Part shown: one piece after another, positions 1 through 10,156 of the stretch | Layout of the letters: the number at the start of each line of letters is the position of its first letter | Position numbering within the stretch: position 1 is the first letter of the stretch | Assembly (NCBI GenBank): GCA_048213135.1 | Contig: PS015009.1 | Span: forward strand, 930,001-994,000 | Direction of reading: 5' to 3' | DNA from: Reclinomonas americana ATCC 50394 | Taxonomy: Eukaryota | DNA length: 64,000 bases | The notes under the pieces: generated by a model | The model's input: only the letters and a program-made list of their open reading frames with translations | Told to the model about the DNA's origin: nothing | Database searches by the model: none | Position numbers and translations under genes: made by a program

Positions 1-2784
1 CAGGTAAAAAATGCCGGGCAGGCTGTTCACGATGGATTCGGAAAGGTCTCTTTCTTTTACGATGTCATCCTGCGCTTTTATCAGATCCGTTACATCCTGC
101 ACGGTTCCGGTGAGGTACAGGGGGTCGCCTTTCGCACTTCTTACCAGTTCGGCCATTTCGTGAGCGAAGAGTACAATATCGTCCCGTACAATGATGCGGT
201 GAATAAAATCGAGTGCCCGCTTTCCGGTGAGCGCATCTTCCAGCGCTTTATTGAATACTTCCCGGTCTTCCGGATGAATGGCATTGAAAAATGCTTCGTA
301 ATTACTGCTGAGTTGCTTGCGGTCCACATCGAATATGCGGTATATCTCATCCGACCAGGAAAGGCTGTTGTTCTTTACATCCAGTTCCCAGTGCCCCATC
401 TTACCGATCTGCTGCGCCCGGCGGTATTTCTCTTCGTTATCTTTTATTTTGAGTTCCGCCGTTTTGCGCTGGGTAACATCATGGTAATTCATCACCACGC
501 CATTCAGGTAAGGTTCCTGCAGCATATTACGGAAACTGCATTCCAGCCATTTGTAGTCGCCGTTGGGCAGGCGGTGGCGGTATTCAATGGTCACAATTTC
601 CGAAGGATCGTTGATCAGGCGGTTAAAGGTTTGCAGCACCAGCTGCAGATCGTCGGGGTGTATCTTACCCAGGTGCACCTTGCCCAGCATTTCAGATTCA
701 GGATAGCCTAGTATACGGGTGGCCGAAGGGCTCAGTTCGCGGAGCATACCATCGGCGCCAATAACGGCCAGCCCGTCGGTGCTGTTCTCTATCATAGCCC
801 TGAACCGTTTCTCACTATTCACCACGCTTTCTTCTGCCTTCTTGCGCAGGCGTTCTTTTTCAATGACTTCCATTGCAAAGGACACGTCGCCGGTGGCTTC
901 TTCCAGCAGGGCCAGTTCGGCGGAATCGAAGAAATTCTTTTCGGCCGCGAAAAAAGTGAATGCCCCGGTTACCTTACCGAATTTTTTTATGGGTAGCGAC
1001 ATGCACGCCTGGTAATCCCTGCTGAGGGCCTCTTTACGCCACTGTTCGGTAAAAGGCCCGTTCTCTATATCATTGCAGGTAAATACTTTTTCTTCATCAA
1101 CTGCCCGGTGCGCCGGCAGGTGCAGTGAGGCTTCCGCTTTAAGTACGATGGGGGTAATGGTATGCAGGAAGGCTTTTTCATCGCCGGCATACATTACCGG
1201 TTCCAGCTGGTTGTTTTTTTCATTGACCATACCTATCCACGCCATTTTAAAATTACCCTGCTCTACGGAAATGCGGCAGGCTTCTTTAAACAATACGTCT
1301 TCATTGGTTACCCGTACGATCATCTGGTTGATCTGGCTGATAAAAAAGTACAGGCGGTTGGCCTTGAGTATTTTTCTTTCCGCCCTTTTCTTTTCGGTAA
1401 TGTCCCTTATAAAAACGGAGATCCCTTCGGGTGATGGATATACATGATTCTCCTGCCAGAGATCAAGCGGCGGATAATAGTCTTCATTGTACAGGTACCG
1501 TTGCTCTGCGTAGGCCTTATGAAAAAGATGATAGGTGGCAGAGTTAACGGCTTCAGGAAATACTTCCCATACATTCTTCCCGATCAGCTCCTGCGGATCG
1601 CGGTGTATGAGTTCTCCCGCGCTTTTGTTGATATACGTGTAGTTCCAGTTTTTATCGAGTGCAATAAAACTGTCGGATATCCTTTCTACCAGCAACCGGT
1701 ATTTCTCCTCGCTGTTGCGAAGGTTGATCTCGGCTATCTTTTTTTGCGTGATCTCGCAGAAAAAAACCGACAGGCCATTAGGTGAAGGGTAGATGTGCAC
1801 TTCAAACCATTCGTGCATCGAAGGTGAATAGTCTTCCAGGTAAATATATTCCTGTGTTTCCATCGCTTTGTGGTAGGCATTGTAAAAATTTTGCCCGACA
1901 CTTTGCGGGAATTCCGTCCAGATATATTTCCCGGTCATCGTTTCCGGATCACGTTTCATGATCTCCCCGGCTTTCCTGTTCATATAGGTAATGCGCCAGG
2001 CAGTATCCAGCCCCATGAAGGCGTCGGTGATGCGTTCAAAGGTTTCCAGCAAAAGATTTTTCGTCTGCATCAGTTCCACCGCTCTTGCCTCTGCTTTCCT
2101 TTCAAGATCTCTATTGAGTTCCAGCAATGCCGCCGCTGCCTTTTTCCGGTCGGTAATATCCATTCTCACTTTCTGGAAAAAGAAAAGCATCAGCAACAGT
2201 ACCGTTCCCAATATGATCATGAGAATACGAAGCTGCCCGCCTACGGTATCATCATTGGCTTTTTTTCTTTTGCCGAGCAGGGTATTTTCATGGGCCTGTA
2301 TCTTACCGATCCATTGTTTTACCAGTTCACTGTATACCCTGCCTTCACCGCTTTCCACCAGCGCCATGGCATTGTCAAAACCCGAGTACTGCCGTGCCGA
2401 TACAGTATGATTGGAGAAGCTGATGCGTTTGTCGGTGTAGTACTGAACAGAGTCGATGTTATTTTGCTGAACAGGATTGTCTTCGGTAAGCTGTTTTAAC
2501 CGGAGTATGATATTGTAAATATCTTTTTGCGAACGGTCCAGCATCTGTAAAAAAGAAGGTTGGCTGGTGATGACAAAACCGCGTGAACTGGCTTCATTAT
2601 CACTTACCGCGGATACTAATTTTTCTGACTGAATGAGTACTTCCTGGGTATGCGCTATCCAGCGGGTAGTTTCCTTTACCTGCCTGGAACGGGAGATGGA
2701 AAAAATAATGATCGCGGCGAGAGACAGCAATAGCAGAACTGTCCCCGCGACCAATACAATATTGGTGGTGAACCTTAGCTTCAT
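1..2784 (-). CDS. Membrane sensor protein (CHASE3 + multiple PAS + GAF), probably a histidine kinase; C-terminus lies beyond the left edge
   Basis: Absent from the ORF track because it has no stop in the window. Read by hand from ATG at 2784: MKLRFTTNIVLVAGTVLLLL (TM), a CHASE3-like segment (HTQEVL...SSRGFVIT...LTEDNPVQ), a second TM, repeated PAS motifs (ITDAFMGLD..W.ITY.N; IHPDD; IHPEDR) and a GAF segment (ACRISVEQGNFKMAWIG). The frame stays open to base 1 (...IVNSLPGIFYL). The kinase domain itself is not visible. Confidence 0.85.
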   Translation of the reverse strand, partial: MKLRFTTNIVLVAGTVLLLLSLAAIIIFSISRSRQVKETTRWIAHTQEVLIQSEKLVSAVSDNEASSRGFVITSQPSFLQMLDRSQKDIYNIILRLKQLTEDNPVQQNNIDSVQYYTDKRISFSNHTVSARQYSGFDNAMALVESGEGRVYSELVKQWIGKIQAHENTLLGKRKKANDDTVGGQLRILMIILGTVLLLMLFFFQKVRMDITDRKKAAAALLELNRDLERKAEARAVELMQTKNLLLETFERITDAFMGLDTAWRITYMNRKAGEIMKRDPETMTGKYIWTEFPQSVGQNFYNAYHKAMETQEYIYLEDYSPSMHEWFEVHIYPSPNGLSVFFCEITQKKIAEINLRNSEEKYRLLVERISDSFIALDKNWNYTYINKSAGELIHRDPQELIGKNVWEVFPEAVNSATYHLFHKAYAEQRYLYNEDYYPPLDLWQENHVYPSPEGISVFIRDITEKKRAERKILKANRLYFFISQINQMIVRVTNEDVLFKEACRISVEQGNFKMAWIGMVNEKNNQLEPVMYAGDEKAFLHTITPIVLKAEASLHLPAHRAVDEEKVFTCNDIENGPFTEQWRKEALSRDYQACMSLPIKKFGKVTGAFTFFAAEKNFFDSAELALLEEATGDVSFAMEVIEKERLRKKAEESVVNSEKRFRAMIENSTDGLAVIGADGMLRELSPSATRILGYPESEMLGKVHLGKIHPDDLQLVLQTFNRLINDPSEIVTIEYRHRLPNGDYKWLECSFRNMLQEPYLNGVVMNYHDVTQRKTAELKIKDNEEKYRRAQQIGKMGHWELDVKNNSLSWSDEIYRIFDVDRKQLSSNYEAFFNAIHPEDREVFNKALEDALTGKRALDFIHRIIVRDDIVLFAHEMAELVRSAKGDPLYLTGTVQDVTDLIKAQDDIVKERDLSESIVNSLPGIFYL

Positions 2785-3048
2785 AAGGCCCTGATTAGGT
2801 TTCGTAAATCAAGGTTTTTCTGACAAATAAGCCCGAACAGTTACCCGTACCGGTTTCGTCTTATCGTAATGTACTAAAATTATCGGTAAGAAGCAATATA
2901 AGAAGGACTAACGGTAAGGGGTGGTTAGTCGTTAGTATTGAGTAGCAAGTATTAAGTAGCAAGAAGGGCTCTTTACACAAAAGAATAGCTATTCCTGTCA
3001 ATAGAATATTTACACATTCGCATATCCGCACATTAACTCATTCGTACA

Positions 3049-5892
3049 TTACTTACTCAGGTGCATACTCCTTTCCTTATACAACTGCCTGAAGTAAGGA
3101 TCTTTCAGGTCTTTGATAAAGCGGATGGCCTCTCCCGTGCTTTTCATCTCGGGCCCCAGCTCTTTGTTCACACCCGGGAATTTATTGAAGGAGAAAACGG
3201 GTTCCTTGATGGCGAAGCCGGTAAGTTTTTTCTCGAATGTATAATCCTTCAGTTGCGCTACACCCAGCATTACCTTAGTGGCAATGTTGAGGTAAGGAAT
3301 CTGGTAGGCTTTGGCAATGAAAGGTGTGGTGCGTGATGCCCTGGGGTTGGCCTCAATCACGTATACATTACCATCTTTAATGGCAAACTGTATATTGATG
3401 AGCCCACGGATATTAAGGGTGCGTGCAATTTTTTCGGCGTATTCTTCCATGGTGTGCACGATCAGCGGGGACAGGTTAAACTGCGGCAGAACAGCATTGC
3501 TGTCGCCACTGTGTATACCTGCCGGCTCAATATGTTCCATTACACCCATCACATGAAAATCGGTACCATCGAATATACCGTCGATCTCGGCTTCCTGGCA
3601 ACGGTCGAGGAAATGATCGATAAGAATTTTATTGCCGGGTAAATGCTTGATCAGGCTCAGTACACCTTTCTCCAGTTCTTCATCATTCAGTACGATGCGC
3701 ATGCGCTGACCACCGAGTACATAACTTGGCCTGATGAGTACGGGGTAACCTACTTCATTGGCCACTTCAATGGCATCGTCGGTATTGTACGCTGTTCCGT
3801 AGCGGGGGTAAGGTATGCCCAGTTCTTTGAGCATGTCGCTGAAACGGCCGCGATCTTCGGCGATATCCATATTGTCGAAAGAAGTGCCGATGATGGGAAT
3901 GCCTTTTTCATGCAGGCGTTTGGCGAGTTTGAGTGCCGTTTGTCCGCCCAGCTGAACGATTACACCCTCCGGCTTTTCATGCTCCACGATCTCCCACAGG
4001 TGCTCCCAGAAAACGGGTTCGAAATAGAGTTTATCAGCGATATCAAAATCAGTAGAAACGGTTTCAGGATTACAGTTCACCATAATGGCTTCGTAACCGG
4101 ATTCTTTGATGGCGAGCAGGCCATGTACACAGCAGTAGTCAAACTCAATACCCTGGCCAATCCTGTTGGGGCCACTTCCCAGTACAATGACTTTTTTCTT
4201 GCCGGAAGATTTACTTTCGTTGGAAGGCAATTGCGCTACTCCGTCTGCTTTATTTTCGAAAGTAGAATAGAAGTAAGGTGTTTTAGCTTCGAATTCGGCG
4301 CTGCAGGTATCCACCATTTTGAAGACACGGGTCAACCCCATCGCTTTCCTTCTTTCATACAAAGCTTCGGTGTCTTCTTCCTTCATGATGCGGATGATCT
4401 GTTCATCGCTGAAGCCGAGTACTTTGGCTTCTTTCAGCAGGTCATCTGGCAGTGTTTTACAATCGTATTGGGCAATCTGTTTTTCACAGTCGCATATCTT
4501 CTGTATCTGGTAAATGAACCACCTGTCTATGCCGGTGCTTTCGCAGATGCGTTTGATGCTGGCGCCGGCCATCAGTGCATCTTTAATGCGGAAAATCCTG
4601 TCCCACTTGGGTGTTTTGATGTATTCGATGAGTTCATCGGCATGCATCAGGCTTTTACCATAATAACCCAGTCCCACGGCTTCGTTCTCCAGGCTCTGGC
4701 AGGCTTTCTGCACAGCTTCGGCAAAACTGCGGCCGATGCCCATTACTTCGCCTACACTTTTCATCTGGAACCCCAGCGTATCGTTGGCGCCTTTGAACTT
4801 GTCGAAATTCCAGCGGGGTATTTTCACGATCACATAATCCAATGCCGGTTCAAAATAAGCCGAGGTGGATTGTGTGATCTGGTTCTTTAATTCATCCAGG
4901 TTATAACCGATGGCCAGTTTGGCGGCGATCTTCGCAATGGGATAACCGGTTGCCTTGCTCGCCAGGGCCGAAGAGCGGCTTACGCGGGGGTTGATCTCTA
5001 CCACAATGATCTCTTCCGTTTGAGGATTAAGCGCAAACTGCACATTACAACCACCGGCGAAGTTGCCGAGGTTGCGCATCATGCTGATGGCAGTGTTGCG
5101 CATCAGTTGGTAAGCCGTATCGCTCAGCGTCATTACAGGCGCCACGGTAATGGAGTCGCCGGTATGTACACCCATGGGATCAAAATTCTCCACGCCGCAA
5201 ATGATCACCACGTTGTCTTCATTATCTCTTAAAAGTTCAAGCTCATATTCTTTCCAGCCCAGTACCGCTTTTTCTACCAGTACTTCGTGAATAGGGCTGG
5301 CGGTAAGCGCCCGGTTGAGGGCTTCATCCAGTTCATCTTTATGGAATACAATGCCGCCGCCTGTACCACCGAGGGTGAAAGACGGGCGCAACACCAGCGG
5401 GAAACCGATAGACTGTGCAAATTCTTTTCCTTCCAGGAAAGAGTTGGCGATGCGTGCCGGGCAAACGGGGATGTTCATCTCGATCATCCACTGCCTGAAT
5501 TTTTCGCGGTCTTCCGCTTTGTCGATGGCTTTAATATCTACGCCTATCAGCCGTACATTATTTTTTTCCCATATACCCAGTTCATCCACTTCTTTACAAA
5601 GGTTCAGGGCCGTTTGTCCGCCCATTGTGGGCAGCACCGCGTCTATATTATTTTCTTCCAGTATCTGTTCAATACTTTCCACGGTAAGTGGCAGCAGGTA
5701 TACCTTATCGGCGATCATGGGGTCGGTCATGATGGTGGCCGGGTTGCTGTTGATGAGTATCACTTTGATACCTTCTTCGCGTAAGCTCCTGGAAGCCTGT
5801 GTTCCGCTGTAATCGAATTCGCAGGCCTGCCCGATAATGATGGGGCCGCTGCCGATGATCAGTACTGATTGAATGGAATTATCTTTTGGCAT
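3049..5892 (-). CDS. carB: Carbamoyl-phosphate synthase large subunit (short form, 947 aa)
   Basis: IIGSGPIIIGQACEFDYSG N-terminal motif, duplicated ATP-grasp halves, LGSGPNRIGQGIEFDY, GPEMKSTGE. Start moved to MPKDNSI (ATG 5892), downstream of a TAACTTTG box. Confidence 0.97.
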   Translation of the reverse strand: MPKDNSIQSVLIIGSGPIIIGQACEFDYSGTQASRSLREEGIKVILINSNPATIMTDPMIADKVYLLPLTVESIEQILEENNIDAVLPTMGGQTALNLCKEVDELGIWEKNNVRLIGVDIKAIDKAEDREKFRQWMIEMNIPVCPARIANSFLEGKEFAQSIGFPLVLRPSFTLGGTGGGIVFHKDELDEALNRALTASPIHEVLVEKAVLGWKEYELELLRDNEDNVVIICGVENFDPMGVHTGDSITVAPVMTLSDTAYQLMRNTAISMMRNLGNFAGGCNVQFALNPQTEEIIVVEINPRVSRSSALASKATGYPIAKIAAKLAIGYNLDELKNQITQSTSAYFEPALDYVIVKIPRWNFDKFKGANDTLGFQMKSVGEVMGIGRSFAEAVQKACQSLENEAVGLGYYGKSLMHADELIEYIKTPKWDRIFRIKDALMAGASIKRICESTGIDRWFIYQIQKICDCEKQIAQYDCKTLPDDLLKEAKVLGFSDEQIIRIMKEEDTEALYERRKAMGLTRVFKMVDTCSAEFEAKTPYFYSTFENKADGVAQLPSNESKSSGKKKVIVLGSGPNRIGQGIEFDYCCVHGLLAIKESGYEAIMVNCNPETVSTDFDIADKLYFEPVFWEHLWEIVEHEKPEGVIVQLGGQTALKLAKRLHEKGIPIIGTSFDNMDIAEDRGRFSDMLKELGIPYPRYGTAYNTDDAIEVANEVGYPVLIRPSYVLGGQRMRIVLNDEELEKGVLSLIKHLPGNKILIDHFLDRCQEAEIDGIFDGTDFHVMGVMEHIEPAGIHSGDSNAVLPQFNLSPLIVHTMEEYAEKIARTLNIRGLINIQFAIKDGNVYVIEANPRASRTTPFIAKAYQIPYLNIATKVMLGVAQLKDYTFEKKLTGFAIKEPVFSFNKFPGVNKELGPEMKSTGEAIRFIKDLKDPYFRQLYKERSMHLSK

Positions 5893-5915
5893 AGTAGCGT
5901 GCCGTGTGAGGCGGG

Positions 5916-5923
5916 CAAAGTTA
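5916..5923 (-). promoter_or_regulatory. Bacteroidota -7 promoter element for carB
   Basis: TAACTTTG on the minus strand matches TAnnTTTG, 23 nt upstream of the ATG. Confidence 0.65.
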
Positions 5924-5990
5924 CTTGATTCGGGGGTAAAAAAAAAGCTGCACATGGATGAATGCGCAGCTTTTTCTGACCAATATATTT

Positions 5991-6707
5991 TTAGTTCTTA
6001 CGAACGGGTATCTCTACCGACCACTCGCCTGCTTCATATATCTCAAAATCTATACTTATACTGCCGAAAGTAAAAATGCCGCGGAAAGGGAATGTTACTC
6101 CCTGGAAGTTGGTGACTTCTTTATTAGTCAGCGCACTGGAGGTTTTACTCATATAGGTGCCGCCGGTGATCTGCGACGAAGTCATTTTGATAGCGGTAGT
6201 ATTGCTGGAAGATGTGAGGCCCGCGCCGCTGCCCAGGTCCTGTACCTGCAGCATAATGGAGCCAACGTTGTTGGAGCCAACATCCCTCATCTTGGAAAAC
6301 TGCACCCTGCCGATCTCTGTCGTTGAGGTGAATATCTTATAAGCATTCTCATATTCGCCCCTGTACTTGCCTTTTGACCAGTATCCTTTCACTAAAGACT
6401 CCGCCTTGCCGGGGCTTTTCACGTGCATTTCCCCGTAGCCGTCCTGCAGACCTTTTTTCCAGGAACCGGTATAGGTGGTACCCGTGGCGGTCCAGGTGTA
6501 AGTGCCTTTACCATCAGGATAGCCCTTTTTGAACGAACCTTCGTAACTGTTGATACCCACAGATTTACCCTCGCCATTGGCTTTGCCTTTGTCGCACTCT
6601 CCAACATAAGTGCCTTTAATAGAGTCTACAAGTACTTCGCAGCTTGGGGTTTGAGCGCTGGCTTTTATGGAAACGAAGAAGATCAGGAGGAAGAAAATTT
6701 TTCTCAT
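5991..6707 (-). CDS. Secreted MORN-repeat protein
   Basis: Signal peptide, then repeats YVGEC.KGKANGEG, YEGSFKKGYPDGKG, YTGSWKKGLQDGYG. Confidence 0.8.
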   Translation of the reverse strand: MRKIFFLLIFFVSIKASAQTPSCEVLVDSIKGTYVGECDKGKANGEGKSVGINSYEGSFKKGYPDGKGTYTWTATGTTYTGSWKKGLQDGYGEMHVKSPGKAESLVKGYWSKGKYRGEYENAYKIFTSTTEIGRVQFSKMRDVGSNNVGSIMLQVQDLGSGAGLTSSSNTTAIKMTSSQITGGTYMSKTSSALTNKEVTNFQGVTFPFRGIFTFGSISIDFEIYEAGEWSVEIPVRKN

Positions 6708-6852
6708 AATACAGGTTGTAATTTTGAATAGTAAGAGATGGCCTGAAGAATAAAATTACATACTTCCCTGAACCTTGCCAATATAAAATTGTTCATTGAA
6801 TAATGAGTAATTTAGCGGCTTTCTGTTTCTAACCATCTGTAAAACAACCGGG

Positions 6853-8562
6853 TTGATCAAAAAGATAACGATAGTGTGTGGCATGGTGCTGCTGTTTTTG
6901 CACAACGGATTTTCCCAGGTATTTCCTGCAAAAAATTATCCGGCCGATTATTTCCAGTGGCCGGTAGCCGCCAAAGTGGGCATTGCCGCCAATTTTGGCG
7001 AACTGAGACCCAACCATTACCACATGGGGCTCGACTGCCGTACCGACCAGAAACAGAACATGCCCGTACTGGCCGCGGCCGATGGTTATATTGCCCGGGT
7101 AAAGATTGAGCCCTACGGTTTTGGACGGGCCATCTACATCAACCATCCCAACGGGCTCACTACTTTATATGCGCACCTCAACGACTTCGACAGCCTGCTG
7201 GAAGCCTATGTACGCCAGCAGCAGTATAAACTGGAAAGCTGGCGGGTGTTTCTTGATCTGCCACCCAACCTGTTCCCCGTAAAGCAAGGACAACAGATTG
7301 CCTGGAGCGGTAATACCGGCGGATCGCAGGGCCCCCATCTTCATTTCGAGATCAGGAATACCCAAACCGATAAGGTGCTCAACCCCCTGCTGTTCAATTT
7401 CCCTATCCCCGACAGTATTCCGCCCGATATTTATAAACTGGCCGTTTACAACCGCAACCTCAGCATCTATGAACAAAGTCCGCAGTTGCTGAACGTGAAA
7501 AAGACCAATGGTATATATATAATACCCGGCGGCCTGCTGAAAACAAATAACGACCTGTTGAGTTTTGCCATCAATACCTACGACCGGTCTACCGGATCGG
7601 GCAACCGCAATGGCATTTATGAAGCCGTTATTTATTTTGACGACAAGCCCATGAGTGGTTTCCAGATCGACGGCATTGGTTACGATGAAACCCGCTACCT
7701 CAACGCCCACATCGATTATAAAGTGAGGAGCAATGGCGGCGGATGGCTGGAGCAACTCTCCCGCATGCCCGGGTACCCGCCCGGTGTGTACAGGGATTTT
7801 GGCAGTGATGGTGTGATACGGCTCACCGATACGGCGCTACACCAGGTACGGATAGATGTAAAAGACGCGAACGGCAACACCTCTGTTGTACAGTTCGGCA
7901 TTCAGCTGAATGCCCTGCCCGCCGTGGTGGACAAACCCAACCCCTACCGGCAGCCGGGAGAATTTCACCCGGGGTTTGTCAACATCCTGGATGATGACCG
8001 CATCCGTTTTTATGTGGGTGAAAGCTGCCTGTACGATTCCATCCGTTTCCGTTTCAGCGTGGCTAATCCCTTATCCGCATTTCCTGTATACCAGTTGCAC
8101 AGCGCTGTTATTCCCGTGCACACCGCGTTTCCCGTATGGATCAAACCATTGGGACAATACGATACCTCCAAAATGGTGCTGCACCGTTTCTCCGGCGGCA
8201 AACACGATTTTGCCAAAGCCGTGTATGAGAACGGCTGGTACCGCTCTTCCGGCTTTCGTGATTTTGGCAGCTACCAGCTGATGGTGGATACCGTTCCGCC
8301 GGTGATCACTCCTGTTGGTTTTAAGAATGGAATGAATACAGCGAAACTGTCTTCCCTGCGTTTTGTGGTAACCGACAACAGCGAAGACCTCAGTTTCCGT
8401 GCCGAGCTGGACGGCAAATGGCTGCGCTTCACCAACGACAAGGGTCGTACGTTTATTTATATTTTTGATGAACATTGTCCGCCTGGTGAACATGAACTGG
8501 TGATTAAGGCGACTGATCAGGTGGGGAATACTTCTGAGAAGAGGTATGACTTCACAAGATGA
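6853..8562 (+). CDS. M23 family metallopeptidase
   Basis: HxxxD (HMGLD), YAHL and HxH (GPHLHFE) motifs; N-terminal signal peptide. Confidence 0.9.
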   Translation: MIKKITIVCGMVLLFLHNGFSQVFPAKNYPADYFQWPVAAKVGIAANFGELRPNHYHMGLDCRTDQKQNMPVLAAADGYIARVKIEPYGFGRAIYINHPNGLTTLYAHLNDFDSLLEAYVRQQQYKLESWRVFLDLPPNLFPVKQGQQIAWSGNTGGSQGPHLHFEIRNTQTDKVLNPLLFNFPIPDSIPPDIYKLAVYNRNLSIYEQSPQLLNVKKTNGIYIIPGGLLKTNNDLLSFAINTYDRSTGSGNRNGIYEAVIYFDDKPMSGFQIDGIGYDETRYLNAHIDYKVRSNGGGWLEQLSRMPGYPPGVYRDFGSDGVIRLTDTALHQVRIDVKDANGNTSVVQFGIQLNALPAVVDKPNPYRQPGEFHPGFVNILDDDRIRFYVGESCLYDSIRFRFSVANPLSAFPVYQLHSAVIPVHTAFPVWIKPLGQYDTSKMVLHRFSGGKHDFAKAVYENGWYRSSGFRDFGSYQLMVDTVPPVITPVGFKNGMNTAKLSSLRFVVTDNSEDLSFRAELDGKWLRFTNDKGRTFIYIFDEHCPPGEHELVIKATDQVGNTSEKRYDFTR

Positions 8563-8565
8563 GAA

Positions 8566-8680
8566 CAGTAGTGAGTAGTAAGTATCAAGTAGCAAGATAG
8601 GCCCTCATAGGTTGGTGCTCTTCCTGATACTCAATACTTGATACTTAATACCAATTTTGACTTTTTAATTTTGAATTTAA
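8566..8680. repeat. Degenerate heptamer tandem repeats arranged as an inverted pair (AGTA(G/T)(C/T)A vs TACT(T/C)(A/G)A), plus TTTT(G/A)A(A/C) heptamers
   Basis: agtagtgagtagtaagtatcaagtagcaag ... gatactcaatacttgatacttaatac, then aattttgactttttaattttgaattt. The same AGTAGCA family occurs at ~2925-2962. Confidence 0.6.
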
Positions 8681-8683
8681 CCA

Positions 8684-9151
8684 ATGATAACATTAAAAGA
8701 AGGCGACAAAGCCCCCGCATTCAAAGCTAAGGACCAGAACGGCAAACCCGTATCCCTGGCGGATTACAAAGGCCAGAAAGTAGTGCTGTATTTTTATCCT
8801 GAAGATGACACGCCTACCTGCACCGTGCAGGCCTGCAACCTCCGCGACAATTATGGTTTGCTGAAAAAGAATGGTTTTGTGGTACTGGGCGTAAGCCCCG
8901 ACGAGGAAAAGAAACACAAAAAATTCGAAGCCAAATACGATCTCCCTTTTACCCTCATTGCCGACCCTGGCCATGCTGTGATTGATAAATACGGCGTATG
9001 GGATGAAAAACAATTGTACGGCAGGAAGTACATGGGCATTTTGCGCACCACTTTTTTGATCGACGAAAAAGGCATCATCCGCAAAGTGTTCCTGCGCCCT
9101 AAAAACAAGCAGCACGCCGAGGAGATCATCAAAGCCTGGGAGCAGCTCTAG
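8684..9151 (+). CDS. bcp: Thioredoxin-dependent thiol peroxidase (BCP/PrxQ)
   Basis: LYFYPEDDTPTCTVQAC peroxiredoxin motif (PxxxTxxC with CxxxxC). Confidence 0.92.
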   Translation: MITLKEGDKAPAFKAKDQNGKPVSLADYKGQKVVLYFYPEDDTPTCTVQACNLRDNYGLLKKNGFVVLGVSPDEEKKHKKFEAKYDLPFTLIADPGHAVIDKYGVWDEKQLYGRKYMGILRTTFLIDEKGIIRKVFLRPKNKQHAEEIIKAWEQL

Positions 9152-9154
9152 CCC

Positions 9155-9472
9155 ATGGTGCATTTGCCCGCTCATATCCGCATTAAAGAAAACTCCTGGG
9201 TGGCAAGGATCGCCGCCTGGAAGCTGAACAGCCGCTCCGTAGCCATCGTTATAGGCCGTACCATTCACCTGTGCCGTTGCAGCAAAGAAGAATTTTTAGA
9301 AAGCGAACGTTGGGTAAAGCATGAGCTTTGCCATGTGAGGCAGTACCGGCAGTATGGGTTTCTTGGTTTTATTACCCGTTATGTGTGGGAAAGCATGCGA
9401 AAAGGGTATTACAATAATAGGTTTGAAGTGGAGGCGAGAGCAGCAGAGGAGGAATCAATTACGAATTACTAA
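9155..9472 (+). CDS. Small HExxH metalloprotease-like protein (DUF4157-like)
   Basis: KHELCHVRQY and NRFEVEAR motifs; directly follows bcp. The last residues (ITNY) are encoded by AATTACG heptamer repeats. Confidence 0.7.
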   Translation: MVHLPAHIRIKENSWVARIAAWKLNSRSVAIVIGRTIHLCRCSKEEFLESERWVKHELCHVRQYRQYGFLGFITRYVWESMRKGYYNNRFEVEARAAEEESITNY

Positions 9473-9486
9473 TTACGGGGAGCTCA

Positions 9487-9757
9487 TCAGGTTACATAAC
9501 CTAACGGATTACGTTACCCAACCTAATGGTTTACGTTACCCCACCTAAAAGGTTACGTCCGCTAACCTAACGAGTTACGTTACCCAACCCAATGCGTTAC
9601 GTCACCTGACCTAATGCGTTACGTTACCTGACCTAATGGATTAGGTTACCTAACCTAAAGGATTACGTCCCCCAACCTAATGGTTTACGTTACCCCACCT
9701 AACGGATTACGTTATATAACCTGATGGGATACGTTGCATAACCTAATGAATTACCCT
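9487..9757. repeat. Tandem array A: ~12.5 units with a 22-bp period, consensus AACCTAA-N4-TTACGTT-N4 (imperfect palindrome)
   Basis: Units start at 9498, 9520, 9542, 9564, 9586, 9608, 9630, 9652, 9674, 9696, 9718 and 9740, with an extra right half-site (TCAGGTT) at 9487. Confidence 0.95.
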
Positions 9758-9874
9758 TTTTTATTTAGTCGACGCTCTTTTAGCAGGCGTACAATCCCTG
9801 AAAACCTCGTTTTAACCGCAAAGTCCGCCAAGTTACCCGCGAAGAACGCTAAGTTAGCTCTCCGCACCCGTAAA

Positions 9875-10140
9875 AACCTAATGGAGATAGGTTCAGAACC
9901 TAACGGCATTACGTTCCCCAACCTAATGAGGATAGGTTAGAGACCTATCGAGGATACGTTACCCTACCTAACCCGGATAGGTTATAGACCTATCGAGGAT
10001 ACGTTACCCAACCTAATGAGGATAGGTTAAAGACCTATCGAGGATACGTTACCCTACCTAACCCGGATAGGTTAAGGACCTATCCAGGATACGTTACCCC
10101 ACCTAACCCGGATAGGTTCTCAACCTAACGGGAATACGTT
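9875..10140. repeat. Tandem array B: 12 units alternating 22/23 bp (45-bp higher-order repeat), consensus NACCTA-N7-TA(G/C)GTT
   Basis: Units start at 9875, 9897, 9920, 9942, 9965, 9987, 10010, 10032, 10055, 10077, 10100 and 10122. GACCTATCGAGGATACGTTACCC is identical at 9942, 9987 and 10032. Confidence 0.95.
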
Positions 10141-10141
10141 A

Positions 10142-10156
10142 TGCCGTGGTTGGTAT
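10142..10156 (+). repeat. 15-bp direct repeat, copy 1 (TGCCGTGGTTGGTAT)
   Basis: Identical to 15494-15508. Confidence 0.75.

Noticed and set aside
160-2499. Plus-strand ORFs in the first 2.5 kb
   Set aside because: They are antisense shadows of the long minus-strand sensor gene.
9354-9940. ORFs 9354-9548 and 9734-9940 crossing the arrays
   Set aside because: They are short translations of repeat DNA. The 22-bp period is not a multiple of 3, and array B has stops in every frame.
9498-10128. ACCTAAC in array units as integron inverse core sites (RYYYAAC)
   Set aside because: Only some units match, the units are far shorter than attC sites, and no genes lie between them.
9875-10140. CRISPR array (constant 23-mer alternating with 22-mers)
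   Set aside because: The 'spacers' are variants of the repeat and recur every 90 bp, and there are no cas genes in the window.
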